Assembly: GCA_002269645.1 (NCBI GenBank)
Contig: NIVC01000412.1
Coordinates: 931,296 to 995,295, forward strand
DNA length: 64,000 nt
From: Macrostomum lignano
Lineage: Eukaryota
Direction: 5' to 3'
Positions within the stretch are counted from its first letter, which is position 1. Every line of letters starts with the position of its first letter. The notes beneath the pieces are model-generated. The model saw only the letters and a list, made by a program, of their open reading frames with translations, was not told the origin of the DNA and searched no databases. This document shows positions 10,835 through 22,233 of this stretch, piece by piece. The position numbers and the translations under genes are program-made.

Positions 10835-11076
10835 AGCCCAGTCTGTCCAGCAGCCCTAGGGACTGCCTTGAACACACGCGGGGACGAGTACCCTGGGTCG
10901 ACTTGCGAGACAGCGTGGGGGGGGGTCTGCGGCTGCCAGAGGCAAATAGAGGGTGCAGACCTCCCACCAGCCTTGACCTGCTGAAGATAGGGGCAGGCGT
11001 GAAGCATCGCAGACCTTAGCCCATGGGCCTAGTCTGTCTCATACTTCACTGGCATGCTGAATACGCCTTCGCGTGC
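10835..11076 (-). ncRNA. HDV-like self-cleaving ribozyme at the retrotransposon 5' end
   Basis: P1 GCACGCG/CGCGUGU (G1-U wobble); P2 GACCCA/UGGGCU; P3 GGG/CCC; L3 UACUCGU; P1.1 AC/GU; P4 hairpin GGCAGUCC/GGGCUGCU; J4/2 CAGAC with the catalytic C; J1/2 about 170 nt. Confidence 0.86.
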
Positions 11077-11084
11077 AAAAAAAA

Positions 11085-11840
11085 AAGCGTCATGTAAAAA
11101 ATCATAGAAGCGTCATGTAAACAATCATAGAAGCGTCATGTAAACAATCATAGAAGCGTCATGTAAAAAATCTTAGAAGCGTCATTTAAAAAATCATAGA
11201 AGCGTCATGTAAACAATCATAGAAGCGTCATGAAAAAATCATAGAAGCGTCATGTAAAAAATCATAGAAGCGTCATGAAAAAATCATAGAAGCGTCATGT
11301 AAAAAATCATAGAAGCGTTGTGTAAACAATCATAGAAGCGTCATGTGAAAAATCATAGAAGCGCCATGTAAAAAAGCATAGAAGCGTCATGTAAAGAATC
11401 ATAGAAGCGCCATGTAAAAAATCATAGAAGCGCCATGTAAAAAATCATAGAAGCGTCATGTAAACAATCATGAAAGCGTCATGTAAAAAATCATCAAAGC
11501 GTCAGTTAAAAAATCATAGAAGCGCCATGTAAAAAATCATATAAGCGTCATATAAAAAATCATATAAGCGTCATGTAAACAATCATAGAAGCGTCATGTA
11601 AAAAATCATAGAAGCGTCATGTAAAAAATCATAGAAGTGTCATGTAAACAATCATAGAAGCGTCATGAAAAAATCATAGGAGCGTCATGTAAAAAATCAA
11701 AGAAGCGTCATGTAAAAAATCATAGAAGCGTCATGAAAAAGTCATAGAAGCGTCATGTAAAAAATCATAGAAGCGTCATGTAAAAAATCATAGAAGCGTC
11801 ATGTAAACAATCATGAAAGCGTCATGTAAAAAATCATACT
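11085..11840. repeat. 23-bp satellite A, right of the LINE
   Basis: Same unit resumes after an A10 run. Confidence 0.97.
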
Positions 11841-11849
11841 GACATAAAA

Positions 11850-12913
11850 AATCAAGTGACAATAAAAAATGTCAGACATGAAAGAAGTGTCATGTAAAAA
11901 TTAAATGAAGCCATCGTGCTGTGCTGGGGAGAATTACTAAGATGTCAAGGCTCTCAGAGAATAACTGAGATTACGGGGGGGGGGGTTTCTGAGATGTCAA
12001 AGCAAAAGTACATGTACTTTACTCAATTTTTTTATAACATTCTTTGTTGGCTCGCCACGGGGGGGGGCGCTGATAGAAGAAGAGTCATGTAAAAAAGAAA
12101 AGAAGCACTATGTATACATAAAAGAAGAGTCATGTCGAAGTTAAAAGATTCATTTGGGAATTGCCACAATGTCAAGGCTTGGAGGGAATTGCTATAGTGC
12201 TGTGATTCTTGAAGAAAGAATCACTAAATTGTCAAGGCTTAGGGGAGAAGAATTGCTGTGATTTCAAGGCTTTTATAGGTTGGGTTAAAGTTAGGTTTAG
12301 GTCAGGTTTGGGTTGAGGGTTAGATTTTAGCGGGTTTCAAGGTTAACAGGGGATTTTTCAGATATCAAGGTTTATGCGGGGCATTGCTGACATGTCAAGG
12401 CTTATAGGGGAATAGCTGAGATGTCAAGGCTCATGGGGGAATAAATGAGATGTCAAGGCTAAAGTCAGAAGCTACATGTATTCTATTGAAAACTTTTTTC
12501 ATTATTTGTTGGCTCCTCACGGGAGGGATTGCTGATAGAAAAAGTGTAATGTAAAAAATAAAAGAAGCTTCATGTCGAAGTTAAGAGATTCATTTGGGAA
12601 TCCCTACGATGTCGAGGCTTGCAGGGAATCGCTATAATGCTGTAGTGCTATAATGACTGTTTGAGAGAATTACTGAAATGTCAATGCTTTAGGGTTAGGG
12701 TTAGGGTTAGAAGGTTGACAGATTTTTTAAGATTGCAAGGCTTATGGGGCATTGCTAAGATGTCAAGGGGGTTGATATGCTAAGGCTTGTGGGGGGATTT
12801 TCTGACATGTCAAGGCTTACAAGGTACAATGCAAAGAGACGCTTATATGTAGTTTATTAAAAAAACTTGTACTGCATTTTTTTGGCTCCCCAACGGGGGG
12901 CGCTGATTGCTAG
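11850..12913 (+). mobile_element. 3' part of a non-autonomous Helitron (degenerate subrepeats, TTAGGG tract, hairpin plus CTAG end)
   Basis: GCTCCCC-AAC-GGGGGGC hairpin (12885-12901), 8-nt spacer, CTAG at 12910-12913 followed by T; 5' boundary not determined. Confidence 0.7.
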
Positions 12914-13494
12914 TCCCATATACTAAAAATGAAATGTCTGTAGCTATGCGATAGATTTCAGAAAAATTGGCTCAACCGATTTTCTTCAAACTTGCACCAT
13001 TTGATCAGAAATTTTCCTGGGACGGTACATGCATCTTGGCTAAGAAATTGCTCAATGTTAAAGGGATTAAATGTTCGAAAAACATGCTTTTTTGCAAAGG
13101 TCAAGCCAAATTTTCGACTTGAAATGCATTGTAAGAATGCTAGAGAAAAAACTGACTGACTGAATTCCAATTGTGATAAAGATTGCATCACAACAAGTTG
13201 AAAACAGTGCCGAAGAAATGCACACACGACTTGATTTAAATTGCGTAACCATATTGCTAACTTGAATTGAGACTGATACTGGCTGACTGAGAAATTGATT
13301 ATGTCATAACTTTTTACTCCAATTGACTTGCTGTAAGAATTGAATTATAAGGGCCACAATTCATGTTCTCCAATTGAAAAGAGATGGCCTGATGCGAACA
13401 GACTGGAATGCTAATGTAGCGACCTGGGTTCGAATCTTAGTAGTACAAAAAGATTTTTTTTATTAAAACACCTTAAAAACACAACAAAACTGCT

Positions 13495-15980
13495 AAACAT
13501 CAAAGAAGCGCAATGTCAAACATAGAAGAGCCAACATATCGAACATAAAAGAGTTACCATATCAAATATAGAAGAGCCACCATGTCGAACATTAAAGAGC
13601 CACCATGTAGAATATTGAAGAGCCACCATGAAGAACATTAAAGAGCCACCATGTCAAACATTTAGAAGGTTCCATGTCAAAGATTTAAGGGCCACCATGT
13701 CAAACATTTAAGAGCCACCCTGTCAAACATAAAAGAGCCACCATGTCAAACATGAAAGAGCCACCATGTCGAACATAAAAGAGCCACCATGTCAAACATA
13801 AAAGAGCCGCCATGTCAAACATAAAAGAGCCACCATGTCAAACATGAAAGAGCCACCATGTCAAACATAAAAGAGCCACCATGTCGAACATAAAAGAGCC
13901 ACCATGTCAAACATAAAAGAGCCACCATTTCGAACATTAAAGAGCCACCATTTCGAACATTAAAGAGCCACCATTTTGAACATTTAAGAGCCACCATGTC
14001 AAACAATTAGAAGCCACCATGTCAAACATTAAAGAGCCACCATGTCGAACATTTAAGAGCCACCATTTCGAACATTAAAGAGCCACCATGTCGAACATTA
14101 AAGAGCCACCATGTCAAACATTTAAGAGCCACCATGTCAAACATTAAAGAGCCACTTTGTCGAACATTAAAGAGCCACCATGTTAAACATAAAAGAGCCA
14201 CCATGTCGAACATAAAAGAGCCACCATGTCAAACATAAAGAACCACCATGTCAAACATTTAGGAGCCAGCATGTCAAACATATATGTGACTTTATGTCAA
14301 ACATTAAAGAGTTACCATTTCAAACCTTAAAAAGCCACTATGTCGAACATTAAAGAGCCACCATGTCTAACATAAAAGAGCTATACCATGAAGAACATTA
14401 AAGAGCCACCATGTGGAACATAAAAGAGCCACCATGTAGAATATTAAAGAGCCAACATGTCAAACATTTAAGAGCCACCATGTCGAACATTAAAGAGCCA
14501 CTATGTCAAACATTTAAGAGCCACCATGTCGAACATTAAAGAGCCACCATGTGAAACATTAAGGAGCCACCATTTCGAACATTAAAGAGCCACCATTTCG
14601 AACATTAAAGAGCCACCATGTCGAACATTAAAGAGCCACCATGTAAAACATTAAAGAGCCACATTGTTAAACATAAAAGAGCCATTATGTCGTACATTAA
14701 AGAGCCACCATGTAAAACATTAAAGAGCCGCCATGTCAAAACATAAAAGTGCCATCATGTCAAACCAAAAAGACCCACCATGTCTAACAGAAAAGAGCCA
14801 CCATGTCAAACATAAATCTGGCATGATGTCAAACATTAAAGTGCCACCATATCGAACATTAAAGAGCCACCATGTCGAACATTAAAGGGCCACCATGTAG
14901 AACATAAAAGAGCCACCATGTCGAACATTAAAGAACCACCATGTTGAACATTAAAGAGCCACCATGTCAAACCTAAAAGAGCCACCATGTCGAACATTAA
15001 AGAGCCACCATGTCAAACATAAATCTGGCATGATGTCAAACATTAAAGTGCCACCATATCGAACATTAAAGAGCCACCATGTCTAACAGTAAAGAGCCAC
15101 CATGTCGAACATTAAAGGGCCACCATGTAGAACATTAAAGAACCACCATGTCGAATATTAAAGAGCCACCATGTCAAACCTAAAAGAGCCACCAAGTCGA
15201 ACATTAAAGAGCCACCATGTCAAACATAAATCTGGCATGATGTCAAACATTAAAGTGCCACCATATCGAACATTAAAGAGCCAACATGTCAAACCTAAAA
15301 GAGCCACCATGTCGAACATTAAAGAGCCACCATGTCAAACATAAATCTGGCATGATGTCAAACATTAAAGTGCCACCATATCGAACATTAAAGAGCCACC
15401 ATGTCTAACAGTAAAGAGCCACCATGTCGAACATTAAAGGGCCACCATGTAGAACATTAAAGAACCACCATGTCGAATATTAAAGAGCCACCATGTCAAA
15501 CCTAAAAGAGCCACCAAGTCGAACATTAAAGAGCCACCATGTCAAACATAAATCTGGCATGATGTCAAACATTAAAGTGCCACCATATCGAACATTAAAG
15601 AGCCAACATGTCAAACCTAAAAGAGCCACCATGTCGAACATTAAAGAGCCACCATGTCAAAAATAGAAGAGCCACCATGTCAAACATAGAAGAGCCACCA
15701 TGTCTAACATTAAAGAGCCACTATGTCGAACATTAAAGAGCCACTATGTCTGACATTAAAGAGCCACCATGTCGAACATTAAAGAACCACCATGTCGAAC
15801 ATTAAAGAGCCACCATGTAAAACATTAAAGAGCCACATTGTTAAACATAGAAGAGCCACCATGTCTAACATTAAAGAACCACCATGTCAAACATTAAAGA
15901 GCCACCATGTCTAACATTAAAGAGCCACCATGTCTAACATTAAAGAGCCACCATGTCTAACAGTAAAAAGCCACCATGTC
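13495..15980. repeat. 23-bp satellite B (AAAGAGCCACCATGTCGAACATT)
   Basis: About 105 units by length; includes repeated higher-order blocks containing TCTGGCATGA variants. Confidence 0.97.
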
Positions 15981-16502
15981 GCCTGCTATCTGGGGGTGCT
16001 TGCTATCTGGGAGAGCCTGCTATCTGGGGGTGCTTGCTATCTGGTGGTGCTTGCTATCTGGAGGTGCTTGCTATCTGGGGGTGCCTGCTATCTGGGGGTG
16101 CCTGCTATCTGGGGGTGCTAGCTATCTGGTGGTGCTTGCTATCTGGGGGTGCTTGCTATCTGGGGTGCTTGCTATCTGGGGGTGCTTGCTATCTGGGGTC
16201 GCTTGCTATCTGGGGGTGCTTGCTATCTGGGGGTGCTTGCTATCTGGGGTGCTTGCTATCTGGGAGATGCTTGCTATCTGGGGGGTGCCTGCTATCTGGG
16301 GGGTGCTTGGTATCTGGGGTCGCTTGCTATCTGGGGGTGCTTGCTATCTGGGGGTGCTTGCTATCTGGGGTGCTTGCTATCTGGGGATGCTTGCTATCTG
16401 GGGGTGCCTGCTATCTGGGGGTGCTTGCTATCTGGGGGGATGCTTGCTATCTGGGGGGTGCTTGCTATCTGGGGGGTGCCTGCTATCTGGGGGTATGCTT
16501 GC
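15981..16502. repeat. ~17-bp G-rich minisatellite (TGCTATCTGGGGGTGCT)
   Basis: Direct inspection; abuts satellite B with no spacer. Confidence 0.95.
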
Positions 16503-18020
16503 TGTCTTAGGATGTTTTCTTTTTGCATTGCACTTCATCTGAGCAGTTTTTCTATTGACTTTGTGAAGGCTTTGTTTGGCCATCTTATTGATACTTGTAG
16601 AGAACAGAGATTCTATCTAGATGTCCCCCATCGGGGGGCGAAGATTGCTAGTTTGTATACTAAAATTTAGATGTAGATACAGATTATCATTTTGCAGAAT
16701 CAACAGAGATATAATAGCAGAGGAAAAAATATAGATTTGTTTGGTCAAGACATTGATTTGTATTTTGCTTTATTTTTTTAGATAAATTGTTTTCATTCAA
16801 AATTATTGTGAATAATGATAGAAAATATTTTTTTCCATTTAAAAAAAACTAATCATAATGAGAAAATTATTGAAAGATTTACATATATAGAATCTGTTAA
16901 ATTGTGACAGAAGAGACTACTTAGGCATGGTAAACTATCCCGTCACTCACTAGAATTGGTCTACCTATGATGGAGTTTTCTATTTGGCACAATGGTTTCT
17001 AATTTTGGCATTAAAAACAAAAACCTGAATATATTTATAAGATTTTAGCACACCAAATATATATGCTAATAAAATCTGAAAGGCTAAAGTATACGAAAAA
17101 TTGACATATAGAAAACCTTGACAGTAGGCAAGTCAAATAAATAGACAAGCAATCATCCATTTCATGCTTAGAGTTATACTAGAGGAAAATTGATCAATAT
17201 TCATCAGTATGCTACAAGCCGTAGACTTAAGCTGCTGTCTACCTAACTTAATAGACGAATTCAAAATATAGCATAAAAACAATTAATAAAAATGAAACTA
17301 TATGATTTTGTATAGGAGTTTTTCATCTTAAAAGGTTTTGATATTTCCATTTATAGTTAAATCATTAACTTATAGATATATAAAAATGTTATAAGCATAT
17401 AAACTTTTTACATTATAGACTAAATTCTAGAATTTTAACTTTGTTAAATTATTTTATACCAATGATAAAACATGATGTTATTTAAATTCTCCATTTTAAA
17501 ATAAGTAATGGCTATAATACCATGCCAAAAATAATATTTAGTTGTTTTTCATGCTAGACATTATGCTAATCTATTTATTTTTATCAACTCTTATACTAGG
17601 TATTTATGCCAATGCTACTCATAATTTTTTTCAAGACTTACTTTGGAGATTTCTAGCATAACTATAATGAATTAGACAATGGCACAAAAGCCATAATCTA
17701 GATCATATAATTTGTACCAGAAATTTTTAGAAGTCAAAATTACCTTGGCATAGTTGGCATAGAAAATTCTATATTATTCTCCTTTTATAATTTGCATAAG
17801 ATTAGCAAAATTGGCATGAGTAAGCTAGTAAAAAATTAATAAAGTAACAATTTTACAAACAAACTTCTATGGGAGAATGTGCTAATGTGCTATTACTTAA
17901 AGAAGAGAGATTTTTAGATACCAAGGTATATATAGATATATATACCTAGATATATTAATCTATCAAAGATAGATAGCCATAAAGAATAGCTAATAGCTAT
18001 AGCTATACTCTCTCATGTCA

Positions 18021-18300
18021 GGAGACTATAGCCGCTTAGTCTAGTGCAGTGCTCTTTTGTACCAGCAGCCTAGGCTCAATTCCAAGTGCAGTCACATCAC
18101 ATTAATTTGGGGCTAAATTGAAATCTCAGCATGTCTAATGATAATAAAGTTAGGACTGCTAGATATTACTGTGTGAGTGTGTGCCTGTGCATATGACTGC
18201 ATACATATCCATGTGCTTGTGTGCCTGCTCAGCAGAGTCAGCAGAATAGACAGTAATGCCTCTTGCTGGTTGTGTGACAATGTTGCTTAAAGTGCTATCT
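18021..18300 (+). mobile_element. Degenerate tRNA-derived SINE copy (family 1)
   Basis: Aligns with 31437-31797 (TTCCAAGTGCAGTCACATTAATTTGGGGCT; GTGTGAGTGTGTGCCTG; CAGTAATGCCTCT); internal deletion. Confidence 0.85.
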
Positions 18301-18498
18301 CCTAAGTTATTTATATAGAATAACTTTAAGTTACTATAGAAGTGAAAGTAGATTTCTATGAGATTCAATTCTAGAAATAGAATCCAATAAGATCTATATT
18401 CAAATGCCAAGTGTACTTTTAAAGCTATACTTGTCAAGATAATTAACTTGATCACATAAGTAGTCTACCCTAACGAACCCAATTCATTCCCTCCATAG

Positions 18499-18907
18499 TC
18501 CAATTCCGCGACCCGAACAACATCAGCATAACGGTGCGCAACATGTCACTTAACCTGGTTGACTGCAACGCCAGTCCACCGCAGCCTGCGGCTGTCAAAA
18601 AACTCCTGAACGATGTTGTCAGCGCCAGCCTCAATGTTGAGCCCCTGACAACCAGCATTAGCAACGGAATGTACGAGATCACCTATCAGGCTAACACGCC
18701 TTGGTTCGACGCCTACAGAGACTGTCTATTGGCCAACATTCCCCCCTCTGAGCACGAATTTCTCGGCCATTGCCTCGGCTGCGTGATGGCGGTGAGCTCC
18801 AGTCACCCGGATCCGCTAGACTGCTTTGCCAAATTAACTAATCAGCAACTGATGCTGCAGCAGCAGGTTAATAGGCAGCCTAGGTGGCTGTGTTCTCAGG
18901 TGCTCAA
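18499..18907 (+). CDS. TRAPPC8: TRAPPC8 exon 2
   Basis: Acceptor CCCTCCATAG; (V)QFRDPNNI...KKLLNDVV...TPWFDAYR...HEFLGHCLGCVMAVSSS matches TRAPPC8; donor AA|GTGAGT. Confidence 0.93.
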
Positions 18908-19009
18908 GTGAGTGCTTTGTGTGTTAACTAATGCCAGAGATTTTGTCTGGATCTTGCTACTCTGATCTTCTGGTCTGATCTGATTTCTGGGCCAGACTCC
19001 CAGAGTGTC

Positions 19010-19388
19010 AGTTGCTGGGTTAGCCTCCCAGATCCTCAGTTGCTAGGCCAGCCTCCCAGATCCTCAGTTGCTAGGCCAGCCTCCCAGATCCTCAGTTGCT
19101 GGGTTAGCCTCCCAGATCCTCAGTTGCTAGGCCAGCCTCCCAGATCCTCAATTGCTGGGCCAGCCTCCCAGATCCTCAGTTGCTGGGCCAGCCTCCCAGA
19201 TCCTCAGTTGCTGGGCCAGCCTCCCAGATCCTCAGTTGCTGGGCCAGCCTCCCAGATCCTCAGTTGCTGGGCCAGTCTCCCAGATCCTCAGTTGCTGGGC
19301 CAGCCTCCCAGATCCTCAGTTGCTGGGCCAGCCTCCCAGATCTTCAGTTGCTGTGCCAGCCTCCCAGATCCTCAGTTGCTGGGCCAGC
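19010..19388. repeat. 28-bp minisatellite (GTTGCTGGGCCAGCCTCCCAGATCCTCA)
   Basis: About 13 units; the same unit recurs at 21205-21265 and 50263-50456. Confidence 0.95.
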
Positions 19389-21385
19389 GTCCCGCTGGCT
19401 GGTAAGTTTCCCGCTGGGATCCAACTCAGATTGTCATCCGACAGTCGACTGACGAAAATCAACACGATTTATCTACGATTTTCATCTTTGTCCGACTTTC
19501 AACGATGAAAAAGGGTGGGGAAAACGGTTCGAAATTTATCTTTAACCCGACATTGTCTCTATTTTGTCGATCGATTCCTCAAAATCAAACCGAATTCGTC
19601 GCTGACTCGCCGATTTTCGGTCAAAACCGTAGCGACAAGTCAGACTTTCGCTCGAAATAACTCCCGACATTCGTCCGCCACTTACTTGTAGATAAAAACA
19701 ATCCGTTTGGGCAATAAAAGACTCAAGGGTGTCTTAAGACTGTGAGACATTGATTGCTAAAAGACTCAACAAGCGAACGAAAAATAACCACTAAATAGTG
19801 GACCATACATTACGATAAAATTGGCAGCTGAAAACATGGCAGTACAGGAGGCGCACAAAAGTACTAATCATAGCCATACACTGCCATCAATTATTCACAG
19901 ATTAACATGTCATGTGTAAGACATGCTAAATCTGTATCTGACTGAGCGGCTAACTAAGCGGAACAACTTTGTCGACTGCGGCCTGCAAGCTAGAGAATGC
20001 AATTACTCAGTGCAAAATTTAAAAACAGTTCGATCATGAATAGTGCAGTTGTCAGATTCATAAGAATGAAAGTTTGTGATGTTGTACGCTCGTATAGCTG
20101 AAACAATTTTAAGCAAATACGACTTTTAAACTGCTGGGCAAGCTCCGGCTCCTGGGGGTTAGCGCATGTATTCTTCCTAGGACCCAATCGGATCAGGAAA
20201 ATTATCTAGTTCCATGTCTTTATCGGTACCTGCAGTACGCTGCTGAAGGGCCTGTATCTCACGCTGAGTGTCGCCAATTGCTGTGAAGCACGCTGAAGTT
20301 CTCTGCAAATTGAAGAGGGCCAGATAGCACACAGCCCAGCTCGGCTTGGGCTAGCCAAGTACATACCAAGCCCAGCTTCCATTTTCGCCTTTAATTGAAC
20401 AAGGCTATCAATGCCAAAGTTGGCGTCATTGACTTCTTTGAAGCTTGTGCATCATCGACTTCTTCGAGAGGCAGAAGCGTCAAGACCCTTGTAGTTTGTT
20501 GAGGTTGTTTCTCGACTGTTGTATCGTTGGTGGTCAGCGTAATGATGCGGTCTTTTGAGCACGTGTCTGAATCCGATTTTGTCAGCAGGTTCTGCAATTC
20601 GAAAGGATAAATTAATAGTTTTTTTCACTGATAACACTAATAACTTTTTAAATAAATCTAACGACAATCTGAATCGATATTGGAATCAATAAATAAAAAT
20701 ATCTGTTCAAGCAATGAAGAAAATTTTAATGTTTTCACGAAGTTTCAAAGCAAGAACACTTAGCACAGGGTGTTCCAGTGACATATCTATTCAATAGATA
20801 GAGCTGCTATTGTAAAAGCCAATTCCTAGTCTTTCAGATGAGTATTAATGGACGAGAAAATTTTAAAATGCGACCTGTCACTATACCATTTCTTACATCT
20901 GAAATTAGGATTGGATTAGCATGTTGCTTGTCAATAACAACGCACTGTTATTTGGAGCAGCTTCAGAAAAAAATAAGTTATTTTTGGATTACTATAAAAA
21001 GTAGCACGAACATTTAAAAACTGATTTACAACATGCTAGGTTATAAATCGAGTGACAGCTACTCTACGTTTTACTTGACCCAGGTAACAAAAAATATAAT
21101 CAGTTATAGCTCAATTTCAATGGTTTGAATTGGATGGATCGATGAATCAATGGATCGATAATGCTCCGACAGGTTGCAAAAGGTCGGAGTTGGAGCCCAA
21201 CAGGTGCTGGGCCAGCCTCCCAGATCCCCAGTTGCCGAGCCAGCCTCCCAGATCCTGAGTTGCTGGGGCCATCCTTTTAGATTCTCAGGGGTTGCTAGGC
21301 CTCCATTCCAGACCCTCAGTCCTCAGTATCCAAGGGCGAGCATGTTCCTGAAGCCACGTCAGCAGCACTGCAACCCCAATCGCAG

Positions 21386-22172
21386 GTACTACGTGCTGAT
21401 TCACGACAGCCTAGAAGGCGACCAGCAGCGGGCGGACTCCACCCTCACCGCCATGCGCAGCACATACGGTGCCGCCGCCTGTCACCTGTTGCTCATCAAC
21501 TCCAGGCCGGCGCACCTGCAGTCGGAGAGTAGCGGTGGCGCCCCCGCTCCGCCAGATCCGTGGGCTCAGCACCTGCCGCCATCCCGCCAGCTGCCGGCCA
21601 GTCAGCAACATCAGCATCAGTTTCACCAGCAGCAGCATCAGGTTGTTCAAGAGGCTTCATCGCCTACAGATCAGCAGCCGCCGCAGCATCCGCTCGACTA
21701 CGGCTGGTCGTCAACCGATTCCGGCGACGTCGCTGGACCCGACGGTGGCGTCGGAGGCGGTGCGCCGGGCGGCGGCGTCGTCGGTCACGGCGCCTGGCTG
21801 AGCGCCGACGATCACAACCGACTGCGAGTGATGATTCTGGAGCTGGTCAACCGGGCTCTGATGCCGTGGGTTGAGAAGACTCTAAAGCTGTTAAACGAAC
21901 AGATTGCGTCGAGAATGCGTGGCAAAGGATTCCTCGGTGGCGCTAAAAAATGGTTCTCGGTTGGCGGCGGCGGCGGCAGCGGCGGTAGCGGCAGCGGCGG
22001 CGGCGCCGGTAAAAGCGGCGGTCAGCATGCCGGCTCTGCCGGAGCCTCGTCGGTGGTGTACTCAAGCGACGCTCCGGAGCTGCAGTTGCGCCGGTACGCG
22101 GATTTGGCGTTCCTGTTCCAGCAGTACGAAGTGGCGCACCAGGCTTACCAGCAGCTGAAGAAGGATTTTCAG
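21386..22172 (+). CDS. TRAPPC8: TRAPPC8 exon 3
   Basis: KYYVLIHD...CHLLLINSR...ELQLRRYADLAFLFQQYEVAHQAYQQLKKDFQ (Trs85 domain). Acceptor CGCAG, donor CAG|GTTGAT; phases join exons 2 and 4. Confidence 0.93.
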
Positions 22173-22233
22173 GTTGATTTATAACTATGATTTATAATTG
22201 CGGCTAGTACTCTCAAGTCCAATCTAAAATACG

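Larger units (their letters stand above)
5172..11076 (-). mobile_element. Full-length non-LTR retrotransposon, LOA-like (R1/I group), two intact ORFs
   Basis: GC-rich 5.9-kb insert interrupting satellite A; ORF1 gag-like, ORF2 APE-RT-RNaseH-CCHC; structured 5' and 3' UTRs; AAGTC-type 3' tail. The clade call rests on domain order and ORF1/ORF2 motif resemblance, not on a phylogeny. Confidence 0.9.
12914..16651 (+). mobile_element. Non-autonomous Helitron carrying two satellite arrays
   Basis: Starts TC(CC)ATATACTAAAAATGAAATGTCTGT...GCTCAACCGATTTTCTTCAAACTTG, resembling Lep1-type Helitron 5' ends. Ends GTCCCCC-ATC-GGGGGGC, 8 nt, CTAG|T. Confidence 0.65.

Noticed and set aside
5178-11019. Many short antisense or alternative-frame ORFs over the LINE
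   Set aside because: Shadow ORFs of GC-rich coding sequence.
10975-11050. Hammerhead ribozyme suggested by CTGAAGA on the plus strand
   Set aside because: No stem II and no GAAA core. The minus-strand HDV-like fold explains the region.
13381-13445. tRNA gene (B-box GGTTCGAATC); also a similar box near 59927
   Set aside because: No complete cloverleaf or acceptor stem. At most a SINE-head relic at 13381; the second is likely chance.
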